Below are positions 43,314 to 52,601 of a DNA stretch of 64,000 bases, piece by piece. The notes below the pieces were generated by a model, which was not told where the DNA came from, did not search any database, and saw only the letters and a program-made list of their open reading frames with translations. Position numbers and translations under genes: made by a program. How positions within the stretch are numbered: position 1 is the first letter of the stretch; the number at the start of each line of letters is the position of its first letter. This stretch comes from Candidatus Nanoarchaeia archaeon (lineage in GTDB: Archaea > Nanobdellota > Nanobdellia > Tiddalikarchaeales > Tiddalikarchaeaceae). The stretch is from NCBI GenBank assembly GCA_041652755.1, contig JBAZGS010000007.1:1687-65686 (forward strand), in the 5' to 3' direction.

Positions 43314-44708
43314 ATGGCTGATAAGGAAAAAGAATTGTCTCCTGAAGAGTTGGGAGAAAAGATTGATAAAATTTTAGAAAAAAGCAGGATAATTGACAGT
43401 AATGGATGGAAAATTCAGTACAATCTTGAGATTCTTTCCCCTTTTGAAAAGCCTGAAAAGTTTTACGGATTCGTTTTAAGGGAGGTTAGGGGTGAGTTTA
43501 AGAATGTTTTAAGAGTTGACCAGTCTTTAAATGCGAGCCCTACTAGCGCGTTCTTTGCTGATGTCAGCCAAAGAAGAGCTATTGCTAAAGAGAATGTTGA
43601 CAAGTCAATGGGTATTGTTGCTGGAATAGTTCAGACAATTACTAAGCTTTTGTATTCTTTAAGGGAGTTTGATTCAGTTCTTGATATTATAAAAAAGCTG
43701 GATTCATCCGATAAGCTGGAAGTTTTTGCTGCTGAGCAGAACTTGAGAAGAATATTCTTAGATGAGGTTGATTCAAAAAAAGGCAGGGGAGGAATGTATC
43801 AAATGCAGGTTGCTCAAGGAATGGAGTATGTTAATTTAGTTGATTCATTCTTGACCATTGAAACCTTAAAAGATATTGATGACTTAAGAAGCAATGACAG
43901 GATTAAGAGGATTTTAAAGGGAAGGTTTCAGGAGTATGAACTATGGAAAGTTGCTTTTAAAAAAGACATGGTTTCAAGAAAGGAGATTCAAAAACAGTTC
44001 TTAAAGTCGCAGGTTGAAAGCCTTAAGATTCAGCTTGATTGGATTAAGCCTTATTATACTTTGCTAAAGCAGTTGGAGATTAAAAGCGGAACAACTGATC
44101 CTGATTTGCTTGCAGGATTTGACACTAGCTTGATTACAACAAAGATTAGATGCATTGATGGAGGGCAAAAGAATGATTCGCTTGTTACTGCTTTTTTAGA
44201 TGTTGACTTCTCATTTAAAACAGGTCCTTATCCTATTCAGACTGATTCTGGAGGAAGAGCGTATCATCATAGGTTTGGAACTAAGATAACTTACACTCCT
44301 TACATTATGAAAAATGAGGATTATGAGGATTTTGTCAAGAAAGAAACAATGAAAGAGATTGATTTTTTCAAGGATATTGTCGGAAGCCAGCTTAAAGCAA
44401 TGCAGGAAGATTTGGATAAGTATTTAGGAGGGCAAGATTATATTGGCAGAGATGATTCAGATGATGATAAAGCTAAGCCTCTTAACCAGTTTGAATTCTT
44501 GACTCTTCCGTTTAAAGGCTTGCTTAACTTGTTTGGAATAAGCTTTGAAAAAAAAGGGAAGCCTAAAGCTAAGTTTTCTTTGTTTAAGTATGAGAATGAT
44601 TTGGATAAGTTCAGGGAAAAACTCAAAAAAGCAACAAAGGATTTATACACTCTTTTTAAGGATGAAAATGGGCTTCCAACTGAAAGTGCTACTTTAAGCC
44701 TTAATTAA
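43314..44708 (+). CDS. Hypothetical 464-aa protein (mostly helical, amphipathic basic C-terminus)
   Basis: Long ORF with its own TATA-like box (~43272-43285). No family recognised. Confidence 0.55.
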   Translation: MADKEKELSPEELGEKIDKILEKSRIIDSNGWKIQYNLEILSPFEKPEKFYGFVLREVRGEFKNVLRVDQSLNASPTSAFFADVSQRRAIAKENVDKSMGIVAGIVQTITKLLYSLREFDSVLDIIKKLDSSDKLEVFAAEQNLRRIFLDEVDSKKGRGGMYQMQVAQGMEYVNLVDSFLTIETLKDIDDLRSNDRIKRILKGRFQEYELWKVAFKKDMVSRKEIQKQFLKSQVESLKIQLDWIKPYYTLLKQLEIKSGTTDPDLLAGFDTSLITTKIRCIDGGQKNDSLVTAFLDVDFSFKTGPYPIQTDSGGRAYHHRFGTKITYTPYIMKNEDYEDFVKKETMKEIDFFKDIVGSQLKAMQEDLDKYLGGQDYIGRDDSDDDKAKPLNQFEFLTLPFKGLLNLFGISFEKKGKPKAKFSLFKYENDLDKFREKLKKATKDLYTLFKDENGLPTESATLSLN

Positions 44709-44754
44709 TCAAAAAGCATAATTATTATAAAAAAAGGATGCTCTAATATTTGTT

Positions 44755-46437
44755 ATGGCTTTTGACTCTAAATATTTCACTGGAACTGATTCTAGTAGTT
44801 ATTTTACTGAAAACAGCAATTTGTACAAATCCAGCCAAGGATTAACTATTGGTGATGAATCAGGAATGGGCAATAGCCCTTTAAGCTCCACCACTAAAGC
44901 TATTCAGCATGGTTTTCAGACTTTGATGATTTTAATGAACCAGCCTGGAGCAGGAAGAGGCGCTGAAGGGATTGGAAATGTTGACAGGATAAGCCAGCAG
45001 CAATTAGATGCAACTGCTGAGATGCTTAGGCTTAATAAGATGAATTTCATTACTCATGGACCTATCATTGATTTGTTAGGTTTTGGAGGTGAAGAAAATA
45101 AGGAGTCAGTTATTTCTGCTGAAAAAAGGGATGAGAATGCTAGGATTTTTGAAAAAGTTATTGAAAACACTGATAAGATGGCTCAAAAAGCTGATTTGAA
45201 AAATACTCCTTTAACTATTCATGCTTCAAATGCTATAGGCCCTCAGGGTGATTTTTTTGACAGTGGTTATAAGACTAAGGATGGAAAAGTTATTTATGGA
45301 CAAACAGGCTCAATGATTAAAAAAGACACTGGACAATTAGTGCCTATGCAGAGCAGCTTCAAATGGCTTCCAATAACTGATTCATATAAGAATTCTTATG
45401 AATTAAAAGAAGGAACTGAAGAGAATGGCTATGCTTTGTTTGAGATTACTCCAAAGAAGCATTTTGAGATGGCTAATGCAACTGCTTTGGATGAGGTTGA
45501 TAAAAAGATTTCAGATATTGACATAAAATTGCAGCAGCTTAGGGAAATTCATCAGGAGAATTCTCCTGGTTTCCATAATTTAGGGGTTGAAAGAAGAACT
45601 TTGGAATCTGACAGGTTTCATTTGACAAGCGGTAAAATTGGAGGCATGGAAGGGGAGAATGTTTTTGTCACAGCAACTGATTACATGAATGAGATGATGC
45701 CTAATCAGATTACTAGGCTAGCTATGGCGTCTTATAAGACTAAGAGTCAGCCAGTTTTAGCTATTGAAAACATGCCTATGCATCAGTTTGGAAAACCTGA
45801 AGAGGTTATTAAAATTGTTGAAGAATCAAGGAAGAAATTCGCAAAAGAATTGGAGGATAAAGAGGGGCTTGATTATGACCAAGCAAGGGAGACTGCAAAT
45901 AAATTGATAGGCTCAACAATGGACATTGGGCATTTGAATACTTTAAAGGCAAAGATTAATCCTAATACTAACAAGTATTGGACTGATGATGATTTGAAAA
46001 AAGAGGCTGAAAAAATGGCGAAAGCTGGAATTAAATTAGTTCACATTGCTGACAACATTGGAGAGTTTGGAAAAGACAGCCATTTAATGCTTGGCAGGGG
46101 AAATGCCAAGATTGATGAAATGCTTGATATTTTAAAGGAGAACGGTTTCAAAGGCCAGGCAGCTATTGAATCCTATGAAGGTGAAGGCGAGTTTGATAAA
46201 GTTTGGGCGAGGAATAATATTAGGGTTTTAGGCTCAATGTATGAGTCGGGAAGAGGGCCGTCAATAATGGATGTTGATTTAAGCGCTCCTTATTCAAGCA
46301 GGAGCAGCAATTATGGGCATAAAGTTTCTGATCTTCATTGGAGCCAATGGGGAGGGCCTTTTGCTGGAATGCACACTACTTTTGGAGGAGGCAGTGCTGA
46401 TAAAAGGGATGGTTTTAGCGGCACTCCAACAAATTAA
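44755..46437 (+). CDS. Xylose-isomerase-like / endonuclease IV-like TIM-barrel protein with a large internal insertion and Gly/Ser-rich tail
   Basis: Ordered motifs ITHGP, LTIHAS, LAIENMP, MDIGHLN, LVHIADNIGEFGKDSHLMLGRGN, AAIES parallel Endo IV HAPY / vHpG / lEN / DtcH / HlNDs...DrH..iG.G / lE. Confidence 0.6.
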   Translation: MAFDSKYFTGTDSSSYFTENSNLYKSSQGLTIGDESGMGNSPLSSTTKAIQHGFQTLMILMNQPGAGRGAEGIGNVDRISQQQLDATAEMLRLNKMNFITHGPIIDLLGFGGEENKESVISAEKRDENARIFEKVIENTDKMAQKADLKNTPLTIHASNAIGPQGDFFDSGYKTKDGKVIYGQTGSMIKKDTGQLVPMQSSFKWLPITDSYKNSYELKEGTEENGYALFEITPKKHFEMANATALDEVDKKISDIDIKLQQLREIHQENSPGFHNLGVERRTLESDRFHLTSGKIGGMEGENVFVTATDYMNEMMPNQITRLAMASYKTKSQPVLAIENMPMHQFGKPEEVIKIVEESRKKFAKELEDKEGLDYDQARETANKLIGSTMDIGHLNTLKAKINPNTNKYWTDDDLKKEAEKMAKAGIKLVHIADNIGEFGKDSHLMLGRGNAKIDEMLDILKENGFKGQAAIESYEGEGEFDKVWARNNIRVLGSMYESGRGPSIMDVDLSAPYSSRSSNYGHKVSDLHWSQWGGPFAGMHTTFGGGSADKRDGFSGTPTN

Positions 46438-46462
46438 TAAATAACTAATAAGTGAATATTTC

Positions 46463-47239
46463 ATGGTAAAAAAAGAAAAAAATTCTAATACTCTTAGGCA
46501 GGGTAATGATTATTTAATTGCTTCAAAGTTCAGCGAAGAGATTTATCCTGAGTTCAGCTCAGTTATTAAAAGCATTATTTATTTTGGCAGCAGCACAAGG
46601 GATGACAAAAAGAAAGGCGATGTTGACTTATTAATAGTTTTTAATGACTCTGAGGTAATAAGCGATGATGATTTCAAGATTTATTTTAATTCCAAGATTA
46701 ATGAGGTTTCAAGACGGGTGAGCAGCAGGATTCATTTGAATATTGTGACTTTAACTGTTTTTTTCCAGAACTTAATCAATTCAGAGCCTGTTGTGCTTAA
46801 TATTTTAAGGGATGGGATTAGCATTGTTGACACTGGATTTTTTAATCCCTTAAAGATTTTATTATTAAAGGGTGATTTGAAGCCAACTCCTGAAGCAATA
46901 TTTAACTGCGCAACAAGGGTTTCGCAGCATGTTCTTAGGAGCAAGATTAATCTGTTAAGCAGCGTGCAAGAGTTGTATTTGGCAATGCTTGATGCTTCGC
47001 AGGCTATGCTTATGAGCTATGGCCAAGTTGCTCCTAGCCCTGTTAAGGTTCCTGAATTATTAAAGGGATTGAAGGTTAATGCTGAATTAGTCACTATTTT
47101 TTCTAATATGCAGAAATTATTCAAAGACATTGAATACAGAAGGGTTAATGAATTGTCAGGAAAAGAATATGATATTTTAGCCAAGAAGTCTGGTGTTTTT
47201 ATTAAGGAAATGGAAAAAAGATTAAAAAAAAAGATTTAA
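46463..47239 (+). CDS. Pol-beta-superfamily nucleotidyltransferase fused to a HEPN-like helical domain (paralog 1)
   Basis: FGSSTRDDKKKGDVDLLIV (hG[GS]x9-13DhD). C-terminal four-helix region without an Rx4-6H motif. 25 nt after the TIM-barrel gene. Confidence 0.6.
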   Translation: MVKKEKNSNTLRQGNDYLIASKFSEEIYPEFSSVIKSIIYFGSSTRDDKKKGDVDLLIVFNDSEVISDDDFKIYFNSKINEVSRRVSSRIHLNIVTLTVFFQNLINSEPVVLNILRDGISIVDTGFFNPLKILLLKGDLKPTPEAIFNCATRVSQHVLRSKINLLSSVQELYLAMLDASQAMLMSYGQVAPSPVKVPELLKGLKVNAELVTIFSNMQKLFKDIEYRRVNELSGKEYDILAKKSGVFIKEMEKRLKKKI

Positions 47240-47262
47240 GGTTTTTTATTTTTAAATAATAC

Positions 47263-48213
47263 TTATGCTAAAACCGAAGCTTGGTTTCTTTGAGCTAATG
47301 GATTTACTTTTTTCTTTTTATCATCCAATGATTTATACATTTCTTTTGTGAAATATTGTGATAACTTTGGATCTTTTTCAATTAAAGCTTTATCCACATG
47401 TCTATAAGCATTTACTAAACCTTTAGTTAAAAATGATTTTTTGAAAGTTTCAGGGCCTATTCCTATTTCTAATGCATAGCTCGCAAGGCTATTTGTTATT
47501 CTTTTATTCATTAATGGCTGGCTGCATTCATCATTGTCTATGCTGTCAAGAGCTGAAAGGATGTTTGTTAATTTTTCATCAACATACTTGTTCATGCTGA
47601 AGTTTTCATTACCTAAAGCTTTATATTTGATATTGCAAATTGTTAAAAATGAATTCATTGCATTATTGTTATCTTTATCTTTAATTATTGCATTATAATC
47701 ATTTTCTGCAACTTGTTTAACAAGGCTTAATGCATTATCAATATACAGTGGAAGAGTATCATAAATAACTGCAACATTTTTCATGGCCCTTAAATCTGTG
47801 CTTATTTTTGGATAATTTGAAGTTACTTCTCCTTTTCCGAATTTTTCATGGAATCTTGAGTAATTGCTGAAATCTGAGATTATTTTTAATTTTTTGAAAG
47901 CGTCATTTGTTTTCTCAAAAACTTCATCTACATATTTTTTAGATGCTTCTTCATCAAGAGTTCCGTCTTTTTTCAGTTTTGTTAATTCAGGGCTTTGGGT
48001 ATAAATAGCAGTATAGTTTAATCCTGCATATTCTCCTTTTTCATTAGTTTTATATAAAAATTCTCCTGTAGTTCTATCTGCAAAATATCTTAAATCTGAA
48101 AAAGTTTTGAAATACTGATTAATGTTTTCTTTAGTGTTTTTTGCATTATCCACTACACTCCAATGAGATTTTAATAATTCTCCAAGATCCTTATAAGTTT
48201 TATCAGTACTCAT
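47263..48213 (-). CDS. Hypothetical protein
   Basis: 316-aa helical ORF, downstream gene of a two-gene minus-strand operon. Confidence 0.45.
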   Translation of the reverse strand: MSTDKTYKDLGELLKSHWSVVDNAKNTKENINQYFKTFSDLRYFADRTTGEFLYKTNEKGEYAGLNYTAIYTQSPELTKLKKDGTLDEEASKKYVDEVFEKTNDAFKKLKIISDFSNYSRFHEKFGKGEVTSNYPKISTDLRAMKNVAVIYDTLPLYIDNALSLVKQVAENDYNAIIKDKDNNNAMNSFLTICNIKYKALGNENFSMNKYVDEKLTNILSALDSIDNDECSQPLMNKRITNSLASYALEIGIGPETFKKSFLTKGLVNAYRHVDKALIEKDPKLSQYFTKEMYKSLDDKKKKVNPLAQRNQASVLA

Positions 48214-48252
48214 GCTTAATTATTGAATAAAATCTATTTAAAAATGTTTTTA

Positions 48253-49089
48253 TTACTCATTGGTGACAAATTGTTGGCTTGTTTCATTAATTAATGCTTC
48301 AATTGCTTCTGAAAAAGGAACTACTAAATTGTCATTCCAGCGCTTTTTGTTAATGTATCCTTCACCTAAGATGTCATCCCCTTGAGAAATAGAGTGATTT
48401 GATGCGTATAATCCTTCGGAAGTTTTAGTATTGATTTTAATCTTTCTTTCCTCATAGTTTGCTGTTTTTTTCTGTGTTGATTTTAATCCTTTTACAAATT
48501 TGGTTACAGCTTTTTTATTCTCTTCATTTGATTGGCTTGATTTTAAAAAAGTTGTAATTAAATGAATTGCATATCTTTGCATTGCCAGTTCTTTGCTTAC
48601 ATTTGCTCCCTTAAAATCATCAATTGTTAAATTATCATAGTCTTTTTTGAACCTTTCAATATAATCAGTTAAAGCCCCTTTCGCATTAGTGTTAAGCTCT
48701 TGCATTTTTGCTGTAGTATTAGTGAAATTTGCGTCATCTGCTGAAAGAACTGATTCAAGGGTTGAATCAAAATAATTAATAGTTTGTTTAAATTTATCTT
48801 GAGCACATGAATAATTGCCTAAAGAGCTGTTAAGGTTTACTAATTCATATCTTCCTAATCCCTGCGAACAAGCCTTGAAACTTTCTTTGCTGATTTCTTC
48901 AATCTTATTTAAATATTCAATAGGTATTTTGTAAGCAGCACTATATTGTTCATTAAATCTTTTTTCATCAAAGTTTGGCTGAGCTTGGGCTTGAGCTTTG
49001 GTTTTCTTATAATTAACTAGCAATTTAATTGTTTGGGTTAAATTTTCAGAATCAATATACAGTTTAGCCACGCTTGGTAAATTAAACAT
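48253..49089 (-). CDS. Hypothetical protein
   Basis: 278-aa ORF, first gene of the minus-strand operon, divergent from 49167. Confidence 0.45.
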   Translation of the reverse strand: MFNLPSVAKLYIDSENLTQTIKLLVNYKKTKAQAQAQPNFDEKRFNEQYSAAYKIPIEYLNKIEEISKESFKACSQGLGRYELVNLNSSLGNYSCAQDKFKQTINYFDSTLESVLSADDANFTNTTAKMQELNTNAKGALTDYIERFKKDYDNLTIDDFKGANVSKELAMQRYAIHLITTFLKSSQSNEENKKAVTKFVKGLKSTQKKTANYEERKIKINTKTSEGLYASNHSISQGDDILGEGYINKKRWNDNLVVPFSEAIEALINETSQQFVTNE

Positions 49090-49166
49090 GAAATAGTATA
49101 GGAAAGATTCTTTTTTTAAAGCTTTTGTAAAGGTTTTTAAATGAAATTAATTATCAAAGTATTATA

Positions 49167-49910
49167 ATGCTTGAGATTATTGATTTGTTTATTGAAAAAA
49201 TGCTGTCAAAGTATGAAAATTTGATAAGCGTTTGCTTAATAGGCAGCAGGCTTAGTTCAAATTATGACAAATCCAGCGATTTGGACATAATTGTCTTAAT
49301 TGATAATGCTTCTTTAAAGATTGATGAAGAGAGCATGAAATCTGAAATCAAGGAATTGGCAGCTTCTGTTGACAAGATTATTCATTGCCAAATAATGTTT
49401 TTAACAAATTTTTGGAATTATATCAGCAATGGAAGCCCTATTACTTTTACAATATTAAGGGATGCGAAAGTCTATTATGACACTGGCTTTTTTGAAACCT
49501 TGCAAAAACTTTTGCGCGCAGGACTTATTAAGCCAAAAACAGAGGATGCTGAAAGGCAATTATTCATAGCAAAACAATTGATGAAAATGACTTACCATAG
49601 CATAAACAAAGGACTATTAGACAATTTGCAGGGAGCAGTTGTTTCAGCAACCCAAAGCTTGTTAATGCAAATGGGCAAAGAGCCTCCTGCTCCAAAGCAA
49701 ATACCTGAGGCAATAAAAGAATTAGTTAATAAGAAATTAATTGATGAAGAATATTACTTGATTGCTAAAAAGATTATACAAGTATTAAAGGATATTGAGC
49801 ATGGAAAAAGAGGCAACCTTGATGCTCAAGAACTGCAGATAATGTATAATTACACTAATAAGTTCATGATAAAAATGGAGGAATTAATCCAAAAATCCAA
49901 AAATTATTGA
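49167..49910 (+). CDS. Pol-beta-superfamily nucleotidyltransferase fused to a HEPN-like helical domain (paralog 2)
   Basis: LIGSRLSSNYDKSSDLDIIVL. Shares TGFF..L...L..G.IKP and A.Q.LLM..G...P.P..IPE blocks with 46463. Confidence 0.6.
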   Translation: MLEIIDLFIEKMLSKYENLISVCLIGSRLSSNYDKSSDLDIIVLIDNASLKIDEESMKSEIKELAASVDKIIHCQIMFLTNFWNYISNGSPITFTILRDAKVYYDTGFFETLQKLLRAGLIKPKTEDAERQLFIAKQLMKMTYHSINKGLLDNLQGAVVSATQSLLMQMGKEPPAPKQIPEAIKELVNKKLIDEEYYLIAKKIIQVLKDIEHGKRGNLDAQELQIMYNYTNKFMIKMEELIQKSKNY

Positions 49911-49915
49911 GGGCA

Positions 49916-49930
49916 AAACTTTAAAAATAA
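49916..49930 (+). promoter_or_regulatory. TATA-like box for the L35Ae gene (leaderless or near-leaderless mRNA)
   Basis: aaactttaaaaataa is centred ~29 nt upstream of the ATG. No SD between them. Confidence 0.4.
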
Positions 49931-49951
49931 AAGTCTAATTAAATCACTAAT

Positions 49952-50197
49952 ATGAAAGGAATAATAATGAGCTACAGAAGAGGAAGTCACACTCAAACTA
50001 CTAATCAAATGATTATAATGCCACAAGACCCTAAAAAAGCTAAAGATTTAATTGGCAAAAAAGTGGTTTACAAAGCAAAAACTCATGACATTAACGGAAA
50101 AGTCACAGCTCTTCACGGCAGAAGAGGGGAGATAAGGGCATTGTTTGAAAAAGGGCTTCCAGGACAAAGCATTTCTAAGGAAGTAATAATTGAATAA
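49952..50197 (+). CDS. rpl35ae: 50S ribosomal protein L35Ae (eL33)
   Basis: G.I.SYRRG...Q..NQMII......K.A..LIGKKV.......I.GKV...HG..G..RALFEKGLPGQ. Confidence 0.85.
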   Translation: MKGIIMSYRRGSHTQTTNQMIIMPQDPKKAKDLIGKKVVYKAKTHDINGKVTALHGRRGEIRALFEKGLPGQSISKEVIIE

Positions 50198-50232
50198 AAA
50201 GGTTTTAAATCTGAATTGATTAGTTATTTATT

Positions 50233-51297
50233 ATGATTTATTCAGAAGGAAGCGTTAAGGTTAATGTTAGCAGGAAAGAGTTAATTCCTAAAAAAGCTGA
50301 TGAAGTCTTTATTAATGAGCATAAAAAGTTTGACAGGGACATTCATGTGCTATTGCTTAATTCATTAGGCTGGAAAAACAAGACTTATCTTGACTTGATG
50401 AGCGCAACAGGGCTCAGGGCATTGAGAATTTCTAAGGAGACTAAATGCTTTTCAAAGATTATTTTAAACGATTCTAAGAAATCAGCTGTTAATAATATTA
50501 AAAAAAATATTGAATTGAATAATGCAAAAAATTGCATAGTTTACAATCTTGATGCTTATGAGTTATTGCACAGTCTTGAAAGAGGCGTTGATGCAATAGA
50601 TATTGACCCTTTCGGAAGCCCGATTTATTTCATAACCCAAGCAATTAAAAAATTGTCAAGAAATGGAATATTAAGCGTTTGCGCAACTGACACTGCTGCA
50701 TTAAGCGGGACTTGCCCTAAAACTTGCATTAGAAGATATCATTCTAGAAGCTTTTTGTCGGAGTTTTATTATGAAAGCGGAATCAGGATTCTTATTAAGG
50801 AGTGCATTAATTTGGCAAGCACTTATGATATTGCTTTGCAGCCAATATTTGCTCATGCAACAAGGCATTATTTCAGGGTTTATTTTAGGAAGGTTAAAGG
50901 CGCAAAAAAAGCTGATGAGTTAATGAAGCAGATTAATTATATTTCTTATTGCCCTAAATGCCTTAACAGGGTTATTGGAGTTAAGGATGTTTGCGAGTGC
51001 ACCAGCAGGTTTGAATTGATTGGCCCTTTATTTATTGGCCAAATCTATGATGAAAAAGTGGTGAATAAAATGAAAAGCTTCAATGACTATCCTGATTTTT
51101 TCCGAAAGGTTGAAAATGAGCTGAAAGCCAATGTTCCGTGGTTTTATGTGACTGACTTGATTGCTAAAAGGCATAAGTTAGGTTTTGAGCCTAGGATTGA
51201 AACGCTTGGCTTTTATAGGACTTATATTAACCCTAAAGGCTTTAAGACTGATAAGGCTATTGATGAGATATTGAAGATTTTTAATAAAAATAAATGA
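50233..51297 (+). CDS. trm1: tRNA (guanine26-N2)-dimethyltransferase Trm1
   Basis: F.N......RD......LDLMSATGLRALR...E; IDIDPFGSP; ATDTA.L.G; Cys cluster CPKC...C.C. Confidence 0.85.
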   Translation: MIYSEGSVKVNVSRKELIPKKADEVFINEHKKFDRDIHVLLLNSLGWKNKTYLDLMSATGLRALRISKETKCFSKIILNDSKKSAVNNIKKNIELNNAKNCIVYNLDAYELLHSLERGVDAIDIDPFGSPIYFITQAIKKLSRNGILSVCATDTAALSGTCPKTCIRRYHSRSFLSEFYYESGIRILIKECINLASTYDIALQPIFAHATRHYFRVYFRKVKGAKKADELMKQINYISYCPKCLNRVIGVKDVCECTSRFELIGPLFIGQIYDEKVVNKMKSFNDYPDFFRKVENELKANVPWFYVTDLIAKRHKLGFEPRIETLGFYRTYINPKGFKTDKAIDEILKIFNKNK

Positions 51298-51346
51298 TTT
51301 TATTAAAGAAAAGGTTTTTATATTAAAATCTCTAACAAACTAATTC

Positions 51347-51628
51347 ATGGCTAATGAAGGTTTGGAAAAAATTATTGGAACTCCAAGGATGAATAATTGC
51401 CTTGCTAATTGTGCTCTTACTGGAACAATTAATAGTGCAGTAATATTTTATGATGATGGCTCTCAGGGTAAAGTAAATTATGTTAATTTTTCAATAGATA
51501 ACTCTAATTCAAAGGCTTATAAGGGCATGCATAGTGCTTGCAGTTTGAGTAGAACAGTAGAGGCTTATGGCAGCTATACTAAAGAGAATAATACTATTAA
51601 GATTGAAACTCTTGTTGTAAAGTATTAA
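51347..51628 (+). CDS. Hypothetical protein
   Basis: 93-aa ORF with its own TATA-like box. No motif recognised. Confidence 0.35.
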   Translation: MANEGLEKIIGTPRMNNCLANCALTGTINSAVIFYDDGSQGKVNYVNFSIDNSNSKAYKGMHSACSLSRTVEAYGSYTKENNTIKIETLVVKY

Positions 51629-51633
51629 AAGAT

Positions 51634-52542
51634 TTATTCTTTTTCTACATCGCCAAGCTTTAATTTGTCTATTAGTTCTTTGTACCTGTTTCTGATTGTT
51701 ACTTCTGTTACTCCTGCAACATCAGCAACTTCTCTTTGGGTTTTTCTCTCGTTGCATAGTAAAGTTGCTACGTATAGCGCTGCTGCTGCAACCCCCATTG
51801 GCCCTTTTCCGCTTGTTATTTCTACATCTTGGGCTTTGTTAATGATTTCTACTGATTTACTTATAGTTTTTGGGCTTAGTTTAAGCTCGCTTGCGAACCT
51901 GTAAACGTAATCTAGCGGGAAGGTTGGCAGTATCCTGATGCCTAATTCTCTGCAGATGAACCTGTAAGTCTTTCCTATCTCTTTTTTGTCTATTGAGAAG
52001 GTTTCGCTTATCTCATCTAGGGTTCTTGGGAATTTCTGCCTTCTGCATGCAGCATATAAAGCACCTGCAACAACTGATTCCATGCTTCTTCCTCTTACCA
52101 ATCCTTTTTCTGCTGCGTTTCTGTAAATCTTTGCTGCTTCTTCCATTGCTACATGAGGAATGTTTAGAAAGCTTCCAACCCTTCTTAATTCAGCTAATGC
52201 GTATTTGACGTTTCTTTCTAGTGCAGTGCTTATTCTTGATTGCCATTTTCTTAGCCTATAAATCCTTTTTTTCTCGCTTCCGCCTATCCTGTTTAAGTCT
52301 CCTGCCCCTCCAATCTTTGTGCTTACTCCTTTGTCATGCTTGATATAAGTTAATGGGTTTCCTGTTCTTCTTTTGCTTTGCCCTGCGTCTCCTGAGAATT
52401 CTCTCCATTCCTGGCCAAAATCAATATTTTCCTCTTCTATAACTGAGCCGCATTTTTTGCAAACAGTCTCTCCTGCTTGCCTGTCTATTAAAAACTCGGT
52501 TGAGCCGCAATTAGAACATTTTTTAGTATTTTTTTCATCCAT
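51634..52542 (-). CDS. tfb: Transcription initiation factor IIB (TFB)
   Basis: Zn ribbon CSNCGS..ETVCKKCG, B-reader/linker, two cyclin repeats (RGRS.ESV.A.ALY.ACR; GK.PMG.AAAALY.A...). HTH at the C-terminal end. Confidence 0.95.
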   Translation of the reverse strand: MDEKNTKKCSNCGSTEFLIDRQAGETVCKKCGSVIEEENIDFGQEWREFSGDAGQSKRRTGNPLTYIKHDKGVSTKIGGAGDLNRIGGSEKKRIYRLRKWQSRISTALERNVKYALAELRRVGSFLNIPHVAMEEAAKIYRNAAEKGLVRGRSMESVVAGALYAACRRQKFPRTLDEISETFSIDKKEIGKTYRFICRELGIRILPTFPLDYVYRFASELKLSPKTISKSVEIINKAQDVEITSGKGPMGVAAAALYVATLLCNERKTQREVADVAGVTEVTIRNRYKELIDKLKLGDVEKE

Positions 52543-52601
52543 CTTTAAAACCCCCTACAAAAGCTTTATAAATATTTCGCATTACTTATTTATAAATGTT
52601 T

